This document shows, one piece after another, positions 1 to 11,959 of a stretch of DNA of 64,000 nt. The stretch is from the NCBI GenBank assembly GCA_045863235.1, contig BTUM01000014.1, positions 58,878 through 122,877 of the forward strand, read 5' to 3'. The notes beneath the pieces were generated by a model. That model ran no database searches and was not told the DNA's origin. It saw nothing but the letters and a program-made list of their open reading frames with translations. Source of the DNA: Candidatus Xenobia bacterium. Its GTDB lineage: Bacteria > Vulcanimicrobiota > Xenobia > Xenobiales > QWHO01. Position 1 is the first letter of the stretch. Each line of letters starts with the position of its first letter. Both the position numbers and the translations under genes were made by a program.

Positions 1-1
1 G

Positions 2-154
2 ATCGGCGCGTCCTCCGGCCGAATGCTTCACCAGAACGCGGTCGCCCTGGTGGGAGCCGCCGTCCTCAGCGTGCTGATCTTTCCCATCCTGGCCGATCGC
101 ATCAAAGGAGCCGGCCCGGCAGCCTCCTCGTTGCCGTCACATCGCTCCTCTTAG
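2..154 (+). CDS. C-terminal end of a membrane protein, probably a cation:proton antiporter (truncated by window edge)
   Basis: Frame 2 reads IGASSGRMLHQNAVALVGAAVLSVLIFPILADRIK...; stop TAG at 152-154; resembles the last TM helix of CPA-family antiporters. Confidence 0.45.
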   Translation: MGASSGRMLHQNAVALVGAAVLSVLIFPILADRIKGAGPAASSLPSHRSS

Positions 155-177
155 ACCGCGGACCGAGCGTGAGGTGC

Positions 178-214
178 TTGCCTATCCTTCGGGGACGCCT
201 CCACACAAGTCTGT
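178..214. repeat. 37-bp dispersed intergenic element, copy 1
   Basis: TTGCCTATCCTTCGGGGACGCCTCCACACAAGTCTGT, 34/37 identical to 25127-25163. Confidence 0.8.
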
Positions 215-291
215 CGGCGCAAGTTCCCAGCAAGCACGCACTTTACAAGCCGGCAACCTCGGCGAGCCCGGTGGTATGGCATTCTCAGTGT

Positions 292-900
292 ATGGTCATC
301 TCCGAAGCAGCAGTCCAATGGCAGCCCCGTCAGCCTTCCAGGCCGTGCACAGCCAGCAGCGGCTGGGGAGTGGACCGGGTCGAGCTTTCAGGCTGGCAGG
401 GTTGGGCACCAGACCCGGATCGGCAACGCCAGATCGAGGTGGTGAAAGCCGAGATCGAACGCCTGAGGGCCAGCATCGGCAACCTGGACGCCAAGAAGCG
501 AGATGTCGATCAGCGGCTCTATTCGCTGGCCAACGAGATCTACGGCCTGAGAAACGGGATGGACCAGATCAACTACGAGATCGAGAGCCTTCGTTACACC
601 ATCCAGACCATCCAGGACCGGAAGGAGACCGTGCGCTGGCAGCTGGAGAGCGCCCGAGACCCTCAAGAGAAGGCTGCCCTGCGGTATCAGCTCGACCAGC
701 TCAACGAGGAAATCCAAAACAATCGCTACCGACTCGACGATCTTCGCTACAAGAAGAGCGACCTCGAGTCTCGGATCCGCGACCGGCACTCCCAGAGGGA
801 CTCACTCTTGCGCGAGCAGCAGTACTATGAGGACCAACTCCAGCGCGAGCGCTACCAACTGGTGAGCCAGCAAGAGTTGTTACGACAGCTGCAGCGCTGA
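292..900 (+). CDS. Hypothetical long coiled-coil protein
   Basis: ORF 169..900, likely start ATG 292; E/Q/R/L heptad pattern over about 160 aa after a low-complexity N-terminus containing VDRVELSG. Confidence 0.7.
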   Translation: MVISEAAVQWQPRQPSRPCTASSGWGVDRVELSGWQGWAPDPDRQRQIEVVKAEIERLRASIGNLDAKKRDVDQRLYSLANEIYGLRNGMDQINYEIESLRYTIQTIQDRKETVRWQLESARDPQEKAALRYQLDQLNEEIQNNRYRLDDLRYKKSDLESRIRDRHSQRDSLLREQQYYEDQLQRERYQLVSQQELLRQLQR

Positions 901-937
901 CCCCCCTGACCCTGCGAAGAAGGGTCTGCAATAGGCA

Positions 938-966
938 AAGAGGACCGCCCGATGGGCGGCCCTCTT
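938..966. terminator. Hairpin between convergent genes, probable terminator
   Basis: AAGAGG-A-CCGCCC-GAT-GGGCGG-C-CCTCTT. Confidence 0.6.
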
Positions 967-973
967 CAGCTTC

Positions 974-3487
<2,514 letters not shown>

Positions 3488-3565
3488 AGATTCTCCTCCT
3501 TAGTGTCCTGTCAGACAGGCCCCGAGGGAAACACTTCGCAATCTTCGCCCGAATCCTTCTCGAAG

Positions 3566-5098
3566 CTACGTCGGTTTGGGACGCAAACGTACGTTCACCT
3601 TCGCCTCGCGCGGATAGTGGGAAACGTCGGAGGCGGACTGAAAGCCTGAAATGGGCTCAAGCTCAAAACGCTGCAGGAACCGGCCCAGGAAGACGGTCGA
3701 CTCCAGCCGGGCCAGGTTCTGGCCCAGGCAGAGCCGGGTCCCACCGCCGAAGCCAAACATCTTGGCTGCCTGACCCCGAAAGCGCTCGGGACGAAACTGC
3801 TCTACGTCCTCCCCCCAGGCCTGCCGGTCTCGATGCGACTCGAGGGGGCTCATGACCAGGGTGGTGCCCCGCGGGACGAAAGTCTGGCCCAGGTAGGTAT
3901 CCTCCTCGGCGACCCGCGCCAGCAGGTAGGCCGGGGAGTGGAGCCGCATCGTTTCCAGCAAGACCGCCTTGATCTCGCCCGACTGCCCGGGGCGAGGCAG
4001 ACCGTCGTCCAGCGAGCCCCGAAGCTGCTGCTGGACTTGCGGGTGATGAGCCAGCTCCAGCAGGGCCCAGCTGAGCAGGCTGGCGGTCGTTTCATGGCCG
4101 GCCAGCATCAAAGTCAGCACCTCATTGCGAAGCCGCTCCTGGCTCAGCGGCGGATCAGCCGCCAGCAACGCCCCCAGTGCATCCTGGCGCTGCTCTCCCG
4201 CGTCGCGCCGGTCAACGATCAACCGGTCGGCCAGAGAACGCAGGCGCTGATGAGCGTCTGCCAGGGAGGAGGCCCCCAGGTGGGCCAGGCTCAAGCCGGT
4301 CGGATTGAGCGTCTCGGCGGCCAGCGTCTTACGGACCACCGCAAAGTCCTCCAGGGTGCCGTCCAGCTCGGCATCCGAGAGCCTGGCTCCAAACAGCATC
4401 TGGAAGGCCGCATCCAGGGTGGCCCGCTGGGTCAGGCGGCGAAGGTCGAGCTCCCCCTCCCCCACCGGATCGAAGTGGCGGTCGAAGACCCCGGCCAGGT
4501 GCTCGATGTTGGCCTGAGTATGGATCTGGCTGCCACGCAGGACGGGCTCGAGCAGCTCCCGGCTGGTGCGCCAGGCCTCGCCAGTGCCGGAGAACACGTT
4601 CTCGGTGCCGAACAGATGACGAAAGCCGTGGGCCAGCTCGGGCGTCTTCTCCCAAACGCCCTGACCCTTCTTGTTGCGGGTGCCGGCCAGGGCCTGGTGC
4701 ATCACCTCGGGGCGCGAATCAAACAAGAGCAAGGGCTTGCCCGGCAGCCTGACCTGGAAGTGGCTGCCGTGGCGCTGGTGCAGTTCGCCCAGCACCTGGC
4801 GAGGATCGTCCAGGTGGCGCACCACGCTGCCGATCAGCTCCAATCCGCTGGCTCGCGGAGTGGCCGCCAGGTAGGGACAGTTGCCCCCCGTAGCGCGAGC
4901 GAAAAGACCGAGTAACGGCGCCGCGGCCTCAGCTGCCGTGCGGCGGCCTTCCCCGGCCAGTCGCTGACTGGAGGGGCCCGACAGCTCGACCCCAGACAGG
5001 TCAACCGACTCGACTGGCTCGGATCCGTGCGCCGCGAAAGCCCGGCTGGGCTGATACGTCGGGGCGGGCATGAACGGGCTGGCCGCATAGAGCTGCAT
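3566..5098 (-). CDS. Cytochrome P450 with N-terminal extension
   Basis: I-helix AGHETT, ExxR (ETMR), PERF, heme motif FGFGGGTRLCLG. Confidence 0.93.
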   Translation of the reverse strand: MQLYAASPFMPAPTYQPSRAFAAHGSEPVESVDLSGVELSGPSSQRLAGEGRRTAAEAAAPLLGLFARATGGNCPYLAATPRASGLELIGSVVRHLDDPRQVLGELHQRHGSHFQVRLPGKPLLLFDSRPEVMHQALAGTRNKKGQGVWEKTPELAHGFRHLFGTENVFSGTGEAWRTSRELLEPVLRGSQIHTQANIEHLAGVFDRHFDPVGEGELDLRRLTQRATLDAAFQMLFGARLSDAELDGTLEDFAVVRKTLAAETLNPTGLSLAHLGASSLADAHQRLRSLADRLIVDRRDAGEQRQDALGALLAADPPLSQERLRNEVLTLMLAGHETTASLLSWALLELAHHPQVQQQLRGSLDDGLPRPGQSGEIKAVLLETMRLHSPAYLLARVAEEDTYLGQTFVPRGTTLVMSPLESHRDRQAWGEDVEQFRPERFRGQAAKMFGFGGGTRLCLGQNLARLESTVFLGRFLQRFELEPISGFQSASDVSHYPREAKVNVRLRPKPT

Positions 5099-5104
5099 AG
5101 CCTC

Positions 5105-5135
5105 AGTCTACCTACCAGCCTGGAACAAAGCCTGA
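5105..5135 (-). promoter_or_regulatory. Shared TCAG/-10 promoter motif (P450), probably leaderless
   Basis: Minus strand TCAGGCTTTGTTCCAGGCTGGTAGG-TAGACT, then 6 nt, then ATG. Confidence 0.6.
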
Positions 5136-5140
5136 AAGGC

Positions 5141-6193
5141 CTACCCTCCCAGCTGCTGGCGAAGCAACGCGGCCCGGGCCGTGTCCCGCTCGTGGGCCTC
5201 CAGCGGCCGGCCCACCTCTTCTTGCAGGTTGGCCGGCCGGATGGCCACGATCAGGCGATTGAGAACCGTGCGCGAGACCGGCGGAAGAATCCACAGCTCG
5301 ATGCCCAGTCGCACCATGGAGAGGTGCTCGAGGGCCTCAGCCGTTGTCATCAGACGAGCGTGACGCGCCACGCCCAGGCTACGCCAGGCCCGATCCTCGA
5401 GCAGGGCGCCCAGGTGCTGGCGCAGCTCCTCGCGGGCCTTCAGCTCGTAGCTCACGAGCTGCTCGGTCACCATCTGCACCCTCCCCACGATCTCTTCCTC
5501 GCTGCTGCCCAGCGTCACCTGGTTGGAGATCTGAAAAAGGTTTCCGGAAGCTTGCGTGCCTTCGCCATAGAGCCCCCGCACGGTCAGGCCCATCTGGGCG
5601 ATCTGGCCCACGATGCGCTGCATGGCGCCGGTCTTCCAGACATCCCAGTTCAGGGCCGGCAAGTGCAGCATCGCCGAAGCTCGCAAACCGGTGCCGACGT
5701 TGGTGGCGCAGGTGGTCAGATAACCCAGGCGATCGTCGAAAGCGTAGTCGAGGTGACACTCCAGGCGGTTGTCGGCCTGGTCGACCAGTCGCCAGGCCTC
5801 CTCGAAGGCCGAGCCGGGCAGAAGGGCCTGGATGCGCAGGTGGTCCTCCTCGTTGACCATCACGCTCAGGGTGCCGTCGTTGCGAAAACCCAGGGCCCGT
5901 GCCTGAAAGTGGGCCAGCAGCGCCGGACTGACCAGGTGACGCTCGAGCAAGAGATGATGCTGCAGCTCGTTGAGCTTGTCGAGCCGCATCAGCCGAAGGC
6001 CCAACCTGGGCCCCTCGGCCTTCAAGGCCGAGCTGACGCGCCCGAGCACCGCCTCCAGCCAGGGGAGGTCGGCCCGATTGGGAAAGGGGTGGCCCTCCAG
6101 GTTGCGCGCGAGCCGAATTCGGGTGGACAGAATGATGCCGTCCGAGGCTCCGCTGTCGGTCAGCCAGGCCAGGTCTTCGAGCTTCTGGCTCAT
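5141..6193 (-). CDS. mcsB: Protein arginine kinase McsB
   Basis: STRIRLARN, VNEEDHLR, GYLTTCATNVGTGLRAS, GLYGEG, FQISNQVTLG; next to mcsA and near clpC. Confidence 0.95.
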   Translation of the reverse strand: MSQKLEDLAWLTDSGASDGIILSTRIRLARNLEGHPFPNRADLPWLEAVLGRVSSALKAEGPRLGLRLMRLDKLNELQHHLLLERHLVSPALLAHFQARALGFRNDGTLSVMVNEEDHLRIQALLPGSAFEEAWRLVDQADNRLECHLDYAFDDRLGYLTTCATNVGTGLRASAMLHLPALNWDVWKTGAMQRIVGQIAQMGLTVRGLYGEGTQASGNLFQISNQVTLGSSEEEIVGRVQMVTEQLVSYELKAREELRQHLGALLEDRAWRSLGVARHARLMTTAEALEHLSMVRLGIELWILPPVSRTVLNRLIVAIRPANLQEEVGRPLEAHERDTARAALLRQQLGG

Positions 6194-6651
6194 CCGCTCG
6201 AAAGCTCCTGAATCTTGTCGCGCAAACGGGCCGCCTCTTCATAGCTCTCAGCCTCGATGGCCTGCTGCAGACGCTCCTTCAGCTCTCGAATCACCTGGCG
6301 GTCACGCTCGCTGCGACCCTTGCGCACGGGCACTTTGCCTCGATGCAGGTCGTTGCCCTGCACCCGCTGCAGCAGCGTCTCGAGATGGGCCCGGTAGAAG
6401 GTGTAGCAGTGACTGCAACCGAGCGTGGTGCTGTGACAGATGGACTGGAAGGCTACCCCGCAGCGGGGACAGGTTTGCACGGCGGGGAGCTGCACCTGGA
6501 ACATGGTCAGGGCGGTGGTGACCGGATCGGCGGCCACCGGCAGGTCCTGAGCGCAAAAGTCGCAAAGCCGCAGGGGCAGGCTGTAGCCCATCTGGGGATG
6601 GGCGATCACCCGGGTGGCCGGACGCTGGCCGCAGCGGTCGCATGGCAGCAC
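6190..6651 (-). CDS. mcsA: McsB activator McsA
   Basis: Four CxxC motifs, HRGKVP, C-terminal UVR domain (YEEAARLRD). Confidence 0.92.
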   Translation of the reverse strand: MLPCDRCGQRPATRVIAHPQMGYSLPLRLCDFCAQDLPVAADPVTTALTMFQVQLPAVQTCPRCGVAFQSICHSTTLGCSHCYTFYRAHLETLLQRVQGNDLHRGKVPVRKGRSERDRQVIRELKERLQQAIEAESYEEAARLRDKIQELSSG

Positions 6652-6664
6652 CAGGCGATTTTCT

Positions 6665-7603
6665 CTACTGCCGCGTCGGAGCCTCTCGCGGCTGGAAGGT
6701 GCGCAACACCCGGCCGCCCCTGACCTCTACCCGGCCTACCGTGGCCGGCAGGACGCGGGCCTCGCCTTCGGCCAGGCGCTCGCCGCCGGAGCGACTGACC
6801 AGCTCGGCCTCGCCCTCGAAGGCGGTCAGTATCTCGAAGCGCTCCGGGGTCCAGGCGTGCTGTCCGGTCAGCTCCTCGACCACGAAATAGGGCGTGTTGA
6901 CCCGCACCGCGCCTACCGTGCCCTCGGGCACGGGCGGAGCCAGGTAGGGGGGAACCCGGCGCAGAACCGCCAGAGCTTCCTCCCAGTGCAGGGGGCGAGG
7001 CTTCCCATCCAGACCGGGTCGATCCCAGTCGTAGAGCCGGTAAGTCAGGTCCGAGCTCTGTTGGATCTCGTACAGGAGCAGGCCCGGCCCCAGAGCGTGC
7101 ACAGTGCCGGCGGGGGTCAGGAAGACGTCTCCCGCGCGGGCCGGGCGATAGTCCAGATGCTCGATCATGCTCGGGTCGCAAGACAGGTCCTCGGGCCGCG
7201 TCCCGGCGACCAGCCCGTGCACGAGGCGAGCCTCGGGCTCGGCCGAGCGCACGAACCAGCACTCGGTCTTGCCCCGCTGGCGCGGATCGCCGCTCAGCTC
7301 ACGGGCCAGCTGGTCGTCAGGGTGCACCTGAACGCTCAGCCAATCCTGACAATCGAGCCACTTGGCCAGCAGCGGGAAGCTGTCGCTCTCGCACCCCGGA
7401 CCTAGCAGGGCCGAGCCCAGCTCTCGCACCAGCTCGTCCAGGGTCCGGCCGGCCCACTCCCCGCTGGCCACCATCAGCTCTCCGTGCACTTCCCACGATT
7501 CGCCCACGGGACCGGGAGGCAGCTCGCGACCCAGCTTCTCCAGGCCCCTGCCTCCCCAGACGCGGCTCTCTGGCCGGGGTTTGAGGGTGATCGGCGCCAG
7601 CAT
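6665..7603 (-). CDS. manA: Class I mannose-6-phosphate isomerase
   Basis: RVWGG, GESWE, FPLLAKWLD, LSVQVHP, GKTECW, PAGTVHA, EIQQSSDLTYRLYDW; start ATG 7603. Confidence 0.92.
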   Translation of the reverse strand: MLAPITLKPRPESRVWGGRGLEKLGRELPPGPVGESWEVHGELMVASGEWAGRTLDELVRELGSALLGPGCESDSFPLLAKWLDCQDWLSVQVHPDDQLARELSGDPRQRGKTECWFVRSAEPEARLVHGLVAGTRPEDLSCDPSMIEHLDYRPARAGDVFLTPAGTVHALGPGLLLYEIQQSSDLTYRLYDWDRPGLDGKPRPLHWEEALAVLRRVPPYLAPPVPEGTVGAVRVNTPYFVVEELTGQHAWTPERFEILTAFEGEAELVSRSGGERLAEGEARVLPATVGRVEVRGGRVLRTFQPREAPTRQ

Positions 7604-7661
7604 GGGCGGCAAGTTCGGCCCGGGGGAGGTTGGCCCTTCCCAGGGCGAGAACTCCTCTGGC

Positions 7662-8249
7662 ATGCGACGTGGATTCTCGCTGATCGAGATCGCTGTAGCC
7701 GTGGCCATCCTGGCCCTGCTTCTGGGCATCGGTTTGCCCTATCTGGCTGGCCTTCGCGAGAGCAATCGGATCGAGGCGGCCTATCAGCTGATCCACGGAA
7801 CTCTCGAGTTCGCCCAGCAAGAGGCGCGCACCCAGGGATTGCCCCCCCTGGGTCTCACCGGCGCCGGCGCAGTGCCCCCGTTTCCCGACACCGACCTCTA
7901 CTGCCGGGTGGTTCGCAAGGAGCTCGGCCAGCCCGCCCGGATCCTCAAGGAGTATCCGATAGGACGTGGCTTCAGTTACCTGGTCAACGGCGACGTGGTC
8001 TCGCTGGACGCAGACGGAGGGGCCACTCAGGGCATCATCTTCCAGATCGCCCCCAAGCTGCTCTTCACCTCCGGCACATGCATCGTGTTCGGCCAGAACG
8101 GCCAGCCCGTGACCATGCCTGCCGGCGCTCCGGTGGTGGCCGTCAATGCTCCCACGGTGATCTTCGGCACCAAACGCCGGGCGGTGGAGATCAAGATGCT
8201 TCCCACCGGGGCACTGCAATCGACCACCATGGCGGCCAACCCGCTCTGA
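7662..8249 (+). CDS. Type IV pilin-like protein (GspH/FimT-like)
   Basis: Class III signal MRRG|FSLIEIAVAVAILALLLGIGLP. Confidence 0.85.
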   Translation: MRRGFSLIEIAVAVAILALLLGIGLPYLAGLRESNRIEAAYQLIHGTLEFAQQEARTQGLPPLGLTGAGAVPPFPDTDLYCRVVRKELGQPARILKEYPIGRGFSYLVNGDVVSLDADGGATQGIIFQIAPKLLFTSGTCIVFGQNGQPVTMPAGAPVVAVNAPTVIFGTKRRAVEIKMLPTGALQSTTMAANPL

Positions 8250-8830
8250 CCATCGAGACCGTCGTGGGGTCCGAGCTCGCGCCCTACCTGCCCGAGGTGG
8301 CTCGCCTGCGGATCGAGGTCTTCCGGGCCTGGCCCTATCTCTATGCCGGCACCCTGGAGTACGAAGCCGACTACCTCAAGACCTACCTCAACTCACCCGA
8401 GAGCCTGACCGTTCTGGTTCGCGACGGCGAGCAGGTGGTGGGCGCCTCGACCGCGCTGCCTCTCGACCACGAGACCGAGCCTTTCACCCGGCCTTTTCGG
8501 CAGGCTGGCTACCGCCCCGAAGAGTTCCTCTACTTTGGCGAGTCGGTGCTCCTGCCCGCCTATCGCGGTCGCGGTCTGGGGGGTCGCTTCTTCCAGGAGC
8601 GCGAAGACCACGCCCGCCGACTCGGTCGCTTCCAGCAGACCTGCTTTGCAGCCGTGGAGCGCCCCCCCACCCACCCGCTCCGCCCGGCCGATTACCTCCC
8701 CCTCAATTCTTTCTGGGAGCGGCGCGGATACAAGCGTCAACCCGAGTTGGCGATGGAGCTTGCCTGGCAGGACGTAGACCAACCCCAGGAGACCGAAAAA
8801 CGTCTCGTGTTCTGGCTGAAGCCGCTTTGA
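8246..8830 (+). CDS. GNAT-family N-acetyltransferase
   Basis: LRIEVFRAWPYLY, ESVLLPAYRGRGLG acetyl-CoA motif; start inferred as CTG overlapping the upstream TGA. Confidence 0.85.
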   Translation: MTIETVVGSELAPYLPEVARLRIEVFRAWPYLYAGTLEYEADYLKTYLNSPESLTVLVRDGEQVVGASTALPLDHETEPFTRPFRQAGYRPEEFLYFGESVLLPAYRGRGLGGRFFQEREDHARRLGRFQQTCFAAVERPPTHPLRPADYLPLNSFWERRGYKRQPELAMELAWQDVDQPQETEKRLVFWLKPL

Positions 8831-9693
8831 GGATCGCCGCGGCCCAGTACGCCCTGGCTCGACCCGGCAGTTGGGACGAGTATGCCACAGGCCTGCGAGA
8901 GCGGCTGCAGGGCGTCCAGGCCGAGGTGATCTTGTTCCCCGAGTACGCCGGTCTCGAAGTCCTGGCCTTCCTGGCTCCCGGCGCCCCCCTGGAGGCCCAG
9001 CTGAGAGCCCTGGACCTGGAGCGCTATCGCGGGGTGATGTCCGAACTGGCCCGCGAGCGCGGTGCAGTGGTGGTAGCCGGCTCGGTGCCCGCCCCCGAAG
9101 GAGGCAGCTATCGCAACCGGGCCTACCTGTTCTGGCCGGACGGCTCCTCCGGCTATCAAGACAAGCTGGTTCTGACCCCCTGGGAGCGCTCCACCGGCCT
9201 GCTCTCTCCTGGTGAAAGGTTGCACGTCTTTGCAACTCCCTTCGGATGCCTGGCCATCAACGTTTGCTACGACTGCGAGTTCCCCATGCTGGCCTGGCAG
9301 CAAGCCCGGGCCGGCGCCGAGGTTCTGCTCGTGCCCAGCTGCACCGAGGGCCGCACCGGGTATCATCGAGTGCGTCTGGCCTGCCGGGCTCGAGCTCTGG
9401 AGAACCAGATGCTGGTGGTCCAATCCAGCGTGGTGGGGCGCTTTCCCCAGTGCGAGTTCATCGACCGCAACACGGGCGCGGCGGCATTCTTCGTGCCGCC
9501 CGACATCGGGTTTCCCGATGATGGGGTGCTGGCCCGAGGCAAGTTGAATCGGGCCGCGTTCGTCACCTGTCAGGCCCCGCTTCAGCGCCTCGAGCTGCTG
9601 CGTCGAGAAGGCGGCGAGGTTGCCACGGTTCGCGATTGGACAGAAGCTCGCGGGCCAGTGGAACGAATAGCAGGCTCCCACGCTGCCGGGTGA
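8827..9693 (+). CDS. Carbon-nitrogen hydrolase (nitrilase family)
   Basis: Catalytic triad contexts FPEY, QDK, VCYDCEFP; ARALENQ. Confidence 0.9.
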   Translation: MRIAAAQYALARPGSWDEYATGLRERLQGVQAEVILFPEYAGLEVLAFLAPGAPLEAQLRALDLERYRGVMSELARERGAVVVAGSVPAPEGGSYRNRAYLFWPDGSSGYQDKLVLTPWERSTGLLSPGERLHVFATPFGCLAINVCYDCEFPMLAWQQARAGAEVLLVPSCTEGRTGYHRVRLACRARALENQMLVVQSSVVGRFPQCEFIDRNTGAAAFFVPPDIGFPDDGVLARGKLNRAAFVTCQAPLQRLELLRREGGEVATVRDWTEARGPVERIAGSHAAG

Positions 9694-9705
9694 GAAAGCA
9701 GCCTC

Positions 9706-11442
9706 GTGTCTGAGAGTCCGATTCGAAACCCTTATGCATGCGGTCATCCGGTTCAGGGCTGGGAGTTTTACGGTCGCCAGGACGAGCTCAGCCGGCTCTT
9801 CACCCAGATCGCCCGGGGAGGCCACTACTCGGTGGTGGGCGGTCCGCGCACGGGCAAGACGTCTCTGCTTCAGCACATGGCCGTGGAGGGCGTGGCTGAG
9901 CGCTATGGAGTCAGCGGCCAGGACAGGCTGTTTGCCTACTGCAACCTCAACGCCCTGCCCGCCGGCAAGTCCATGGGCGAGAGCCTCTCGCGGGCACTCC
10001 AGGAAGCCCTGAAACGACGCCTGGCCGGCCAGGGGCACCAGAGCGGACTGGACAACCTGCTGGAAAGCCTGGAGCAGTATGACCCCACCGGGCACCTGAG
10101 GCGAGGCGTGGAATCGGCCGGCCAGCTGGCCGGCAAAGCTTTCTCGGCCGTGTTCAAGAACGTAAAAGAGCACCTGTCCCTGCCAACTCCTCCGCCCGAC
10201 CCGGACGGTCTGCTCCAGTTGAGCAAAGCCTTCGACCAGCTGCAGGCCAGGAATCTCAAGCCCGTCTTGCTCTTGGACGATGCCGAGCCCCTGTTCTCCA
10301 TCGCCAGCGACCTGCGCAAGCTATTTGCGCACTCCGGAGTCAGCTTCGTCCTGGCCACCTCCCGCAGCCTCAAGCAGCTCGTCACGGGTGAGCCGCCTCT
10401 GGAGGCTCTGCGCCTGAGATTGGGGGCCATGGACGCAGACGACGCCCGCACGCTTCTGGTGCAGCCAGCCCGAGGGGCCAAGGTGGAGTACCCGGCCGAT
10501 TGGGTCGAGCGCACGGTGGCGTTCACAGGGAGCCACCCCTATTTGCTGCAGCTCTACGCCTTCCATCTCTTCCCAGCTCTGCGCGACGGCAAGAGCCCTG
10601 ACCGACAACGGCTGGAAGCAGACGTGCTGGACGAAGCCCGCACGGTTCTGGAGGAGCAACTGGCGGGCCTGAGCCCGGAGGAGCAGCAACGCCTGCACCA
10701 GCGAATGCAGGGACCTGTCAGCGACGACCACGAGGCCGACGGGCGCCTGCGAGTCGAGGGGATCCTCACCCCCGAGGGGGAGATCGCCCTGCTTTATCGC
10801 CGCTTGGGCCCTGGTCGGCCGGCCCCGATCCTCGCCCCGGCTCCCACCGCGACGCCCGTGCCTGCGAGCGCCGAGGAACGGTCTCTGCTGGAGGTCATCG
10901 AAGAGCGCATTCGCCTGGATACCTATCTGCGGGAACGGTTCACCCAGGTCGGGACCTTTGTGGACATCGACGTGGCCGGATCGACCGCCCTCAAGTCGGG
11001 AGAGGACGACTACGACATCATCTACTCATTCGAGGAGTTCCATCGCTTCCAGCGCGAGACGATCGAGTCGTTCAAGGGGCGGGTGCTGAACGCCATCGGG
11101 GACGAAACCATGAGCCTCTTCGCGGAGCCCGAGGAGGCCATCTCCTGCCTCAAAGGGCTGATGGGTGCCTTGCCCGAGTTCAACCGCACCCGCAACCGGC
11201 TCAAGAATCCCTTCCAGGTGCGGGCCGGCGTCCACCTGGGCGAGCTGATCCGAGACAACAAAGAGGAACGGGCTTACTCTCGGGTGCTCGATGTGGCCGG
11301 CCACTTGCAAAAGCTGGCCGAGGACGGAGCGGTGGTGGTGTCGCAGCAGGTTTACGAGGCCCTGGGACAGCCGGCTTACCTGACGCCGTTCAAGTACTCC
11401 GAGCGGGACGGAGTGATGACCTTCGTGCTGCAGCTTGGATAA
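9706..11442 (+). CDS. P-loop (STAND/AAA-like) ATPase fused to a class III nucleotidyl cyclase domain
   Basis: FYGRQDEL, Walker A GGPRTGKT, Walker B LLLDDAE; C-terminal FVDIDVAGST, IGDE, RAGVHLGE. Confidence 0.8.
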   Translation: MSESPIRNPYACGHPVQGWEFYGRQDELSRLFTQIARGGHYSVVGGPRTGKTSLLQHMAVEGVAERYGVSGQDRLFAYCNLNALPAGKSMGESLSRALQEALKRRLAGQGHQSGLDNLLESLEQYDPTGHLRRGVESAGQLAGKAFSAVFKNVKEHLSLPTPPPDPDGLLQLSKAFDQLQARNLKPVLLLDDAEPLFSIASDLRKLFAHSGVSFVLATSRSLKQLVTGEPPLEALRLRLGAMDADDARTLLVQPARGAKVEYPADWVERTVAFTGSHPYLLQLYAFHLFPALRDGKSPDRQRLEADVLDEARTVLEEQLAGLSPEEQQRLHQRMQGPVSDDHEADGRLRVEGILTPEGEIALLYRRLGPGRPAPILAPAPTATPVPASAEERSLLEVIEERIRLDTYLRERFTQVGTFVDIDVAGSTALKSGEDDYDIIYSFEEFHRFQRETIESFKGRVLNAIGDETMSLFAEPEEAISCLKGLMGALPEFNRTRNRLKNPFQVRAGVHLGELIRDNKEERAYSRVLDVAGHLQKLAEDGAVVVSQQVYEALGQPAYLTPFKYSERDGVMTFVLQLG

Positions 11443-11602
11443 CGCGCCAACCGGGAGGGTGATATCTTACGTTCCCCGCCCTCCCGTTGGAGTCTCACCC
11501 AACTTTTCTCGGCGGTTCTGCCTCCGCCCGAAGCGGCCCGAAGCCGCATGGACACGTAAAGTGGGTTCGCTCCGTAGTTGGCGCGTTCAGGAGCCATTAT
11601 AC

Positions 11603-11959
11603 CTATTCGTGTGAGTTTGACAACCCCTCGCCAAGCTCGGTGTACTTCAGGTTTCGTCCCCGGCTCAGCGAAACCGGGTATTTCTCCTCGTTGTGGGCCA
11701 TCTTCTGGTCCAGGGCCCGCACCAGATCGACCCCCGCTTCGTGGGCCAGCAGCAACACGAAGTAGAGCACGTCGGCCAGTTCGTCCGGTAGCCCCTCCAG
11801 CCTGGCCTCCTCCACGCTCTTGAAGCGGAAAAGCTCCAGGACCTCCGCGGCCTCCACGCTCAAGGCGATAGCCAGGTCCTTGGGATTGTGGAACTGACGC
11901 CAATCGCGCCGATCGCGAAACTCCAGAATGCGCTCGGTCAGCTCGCGCAGCTCGCTCAT
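11603..11959 (-). CDS. MazG-like nucleotide pyrophosphohydrolase
   Basis: RDWRQFHNPKDLA, EAAEVLE, ELADV, KMAHNEEKYP. Confidence 0.92.
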   Translation of the reverse strand: MSELRELTERILEFRDRRDWRQFHNPKDLAIALSVEAAEVLELFRFKSVEEARLEGLPDELADVLYFVLLLAHEAGVDLVRALDQKMAHNEEKYPVSLSRGRNLKYTELGEGLSNSHE

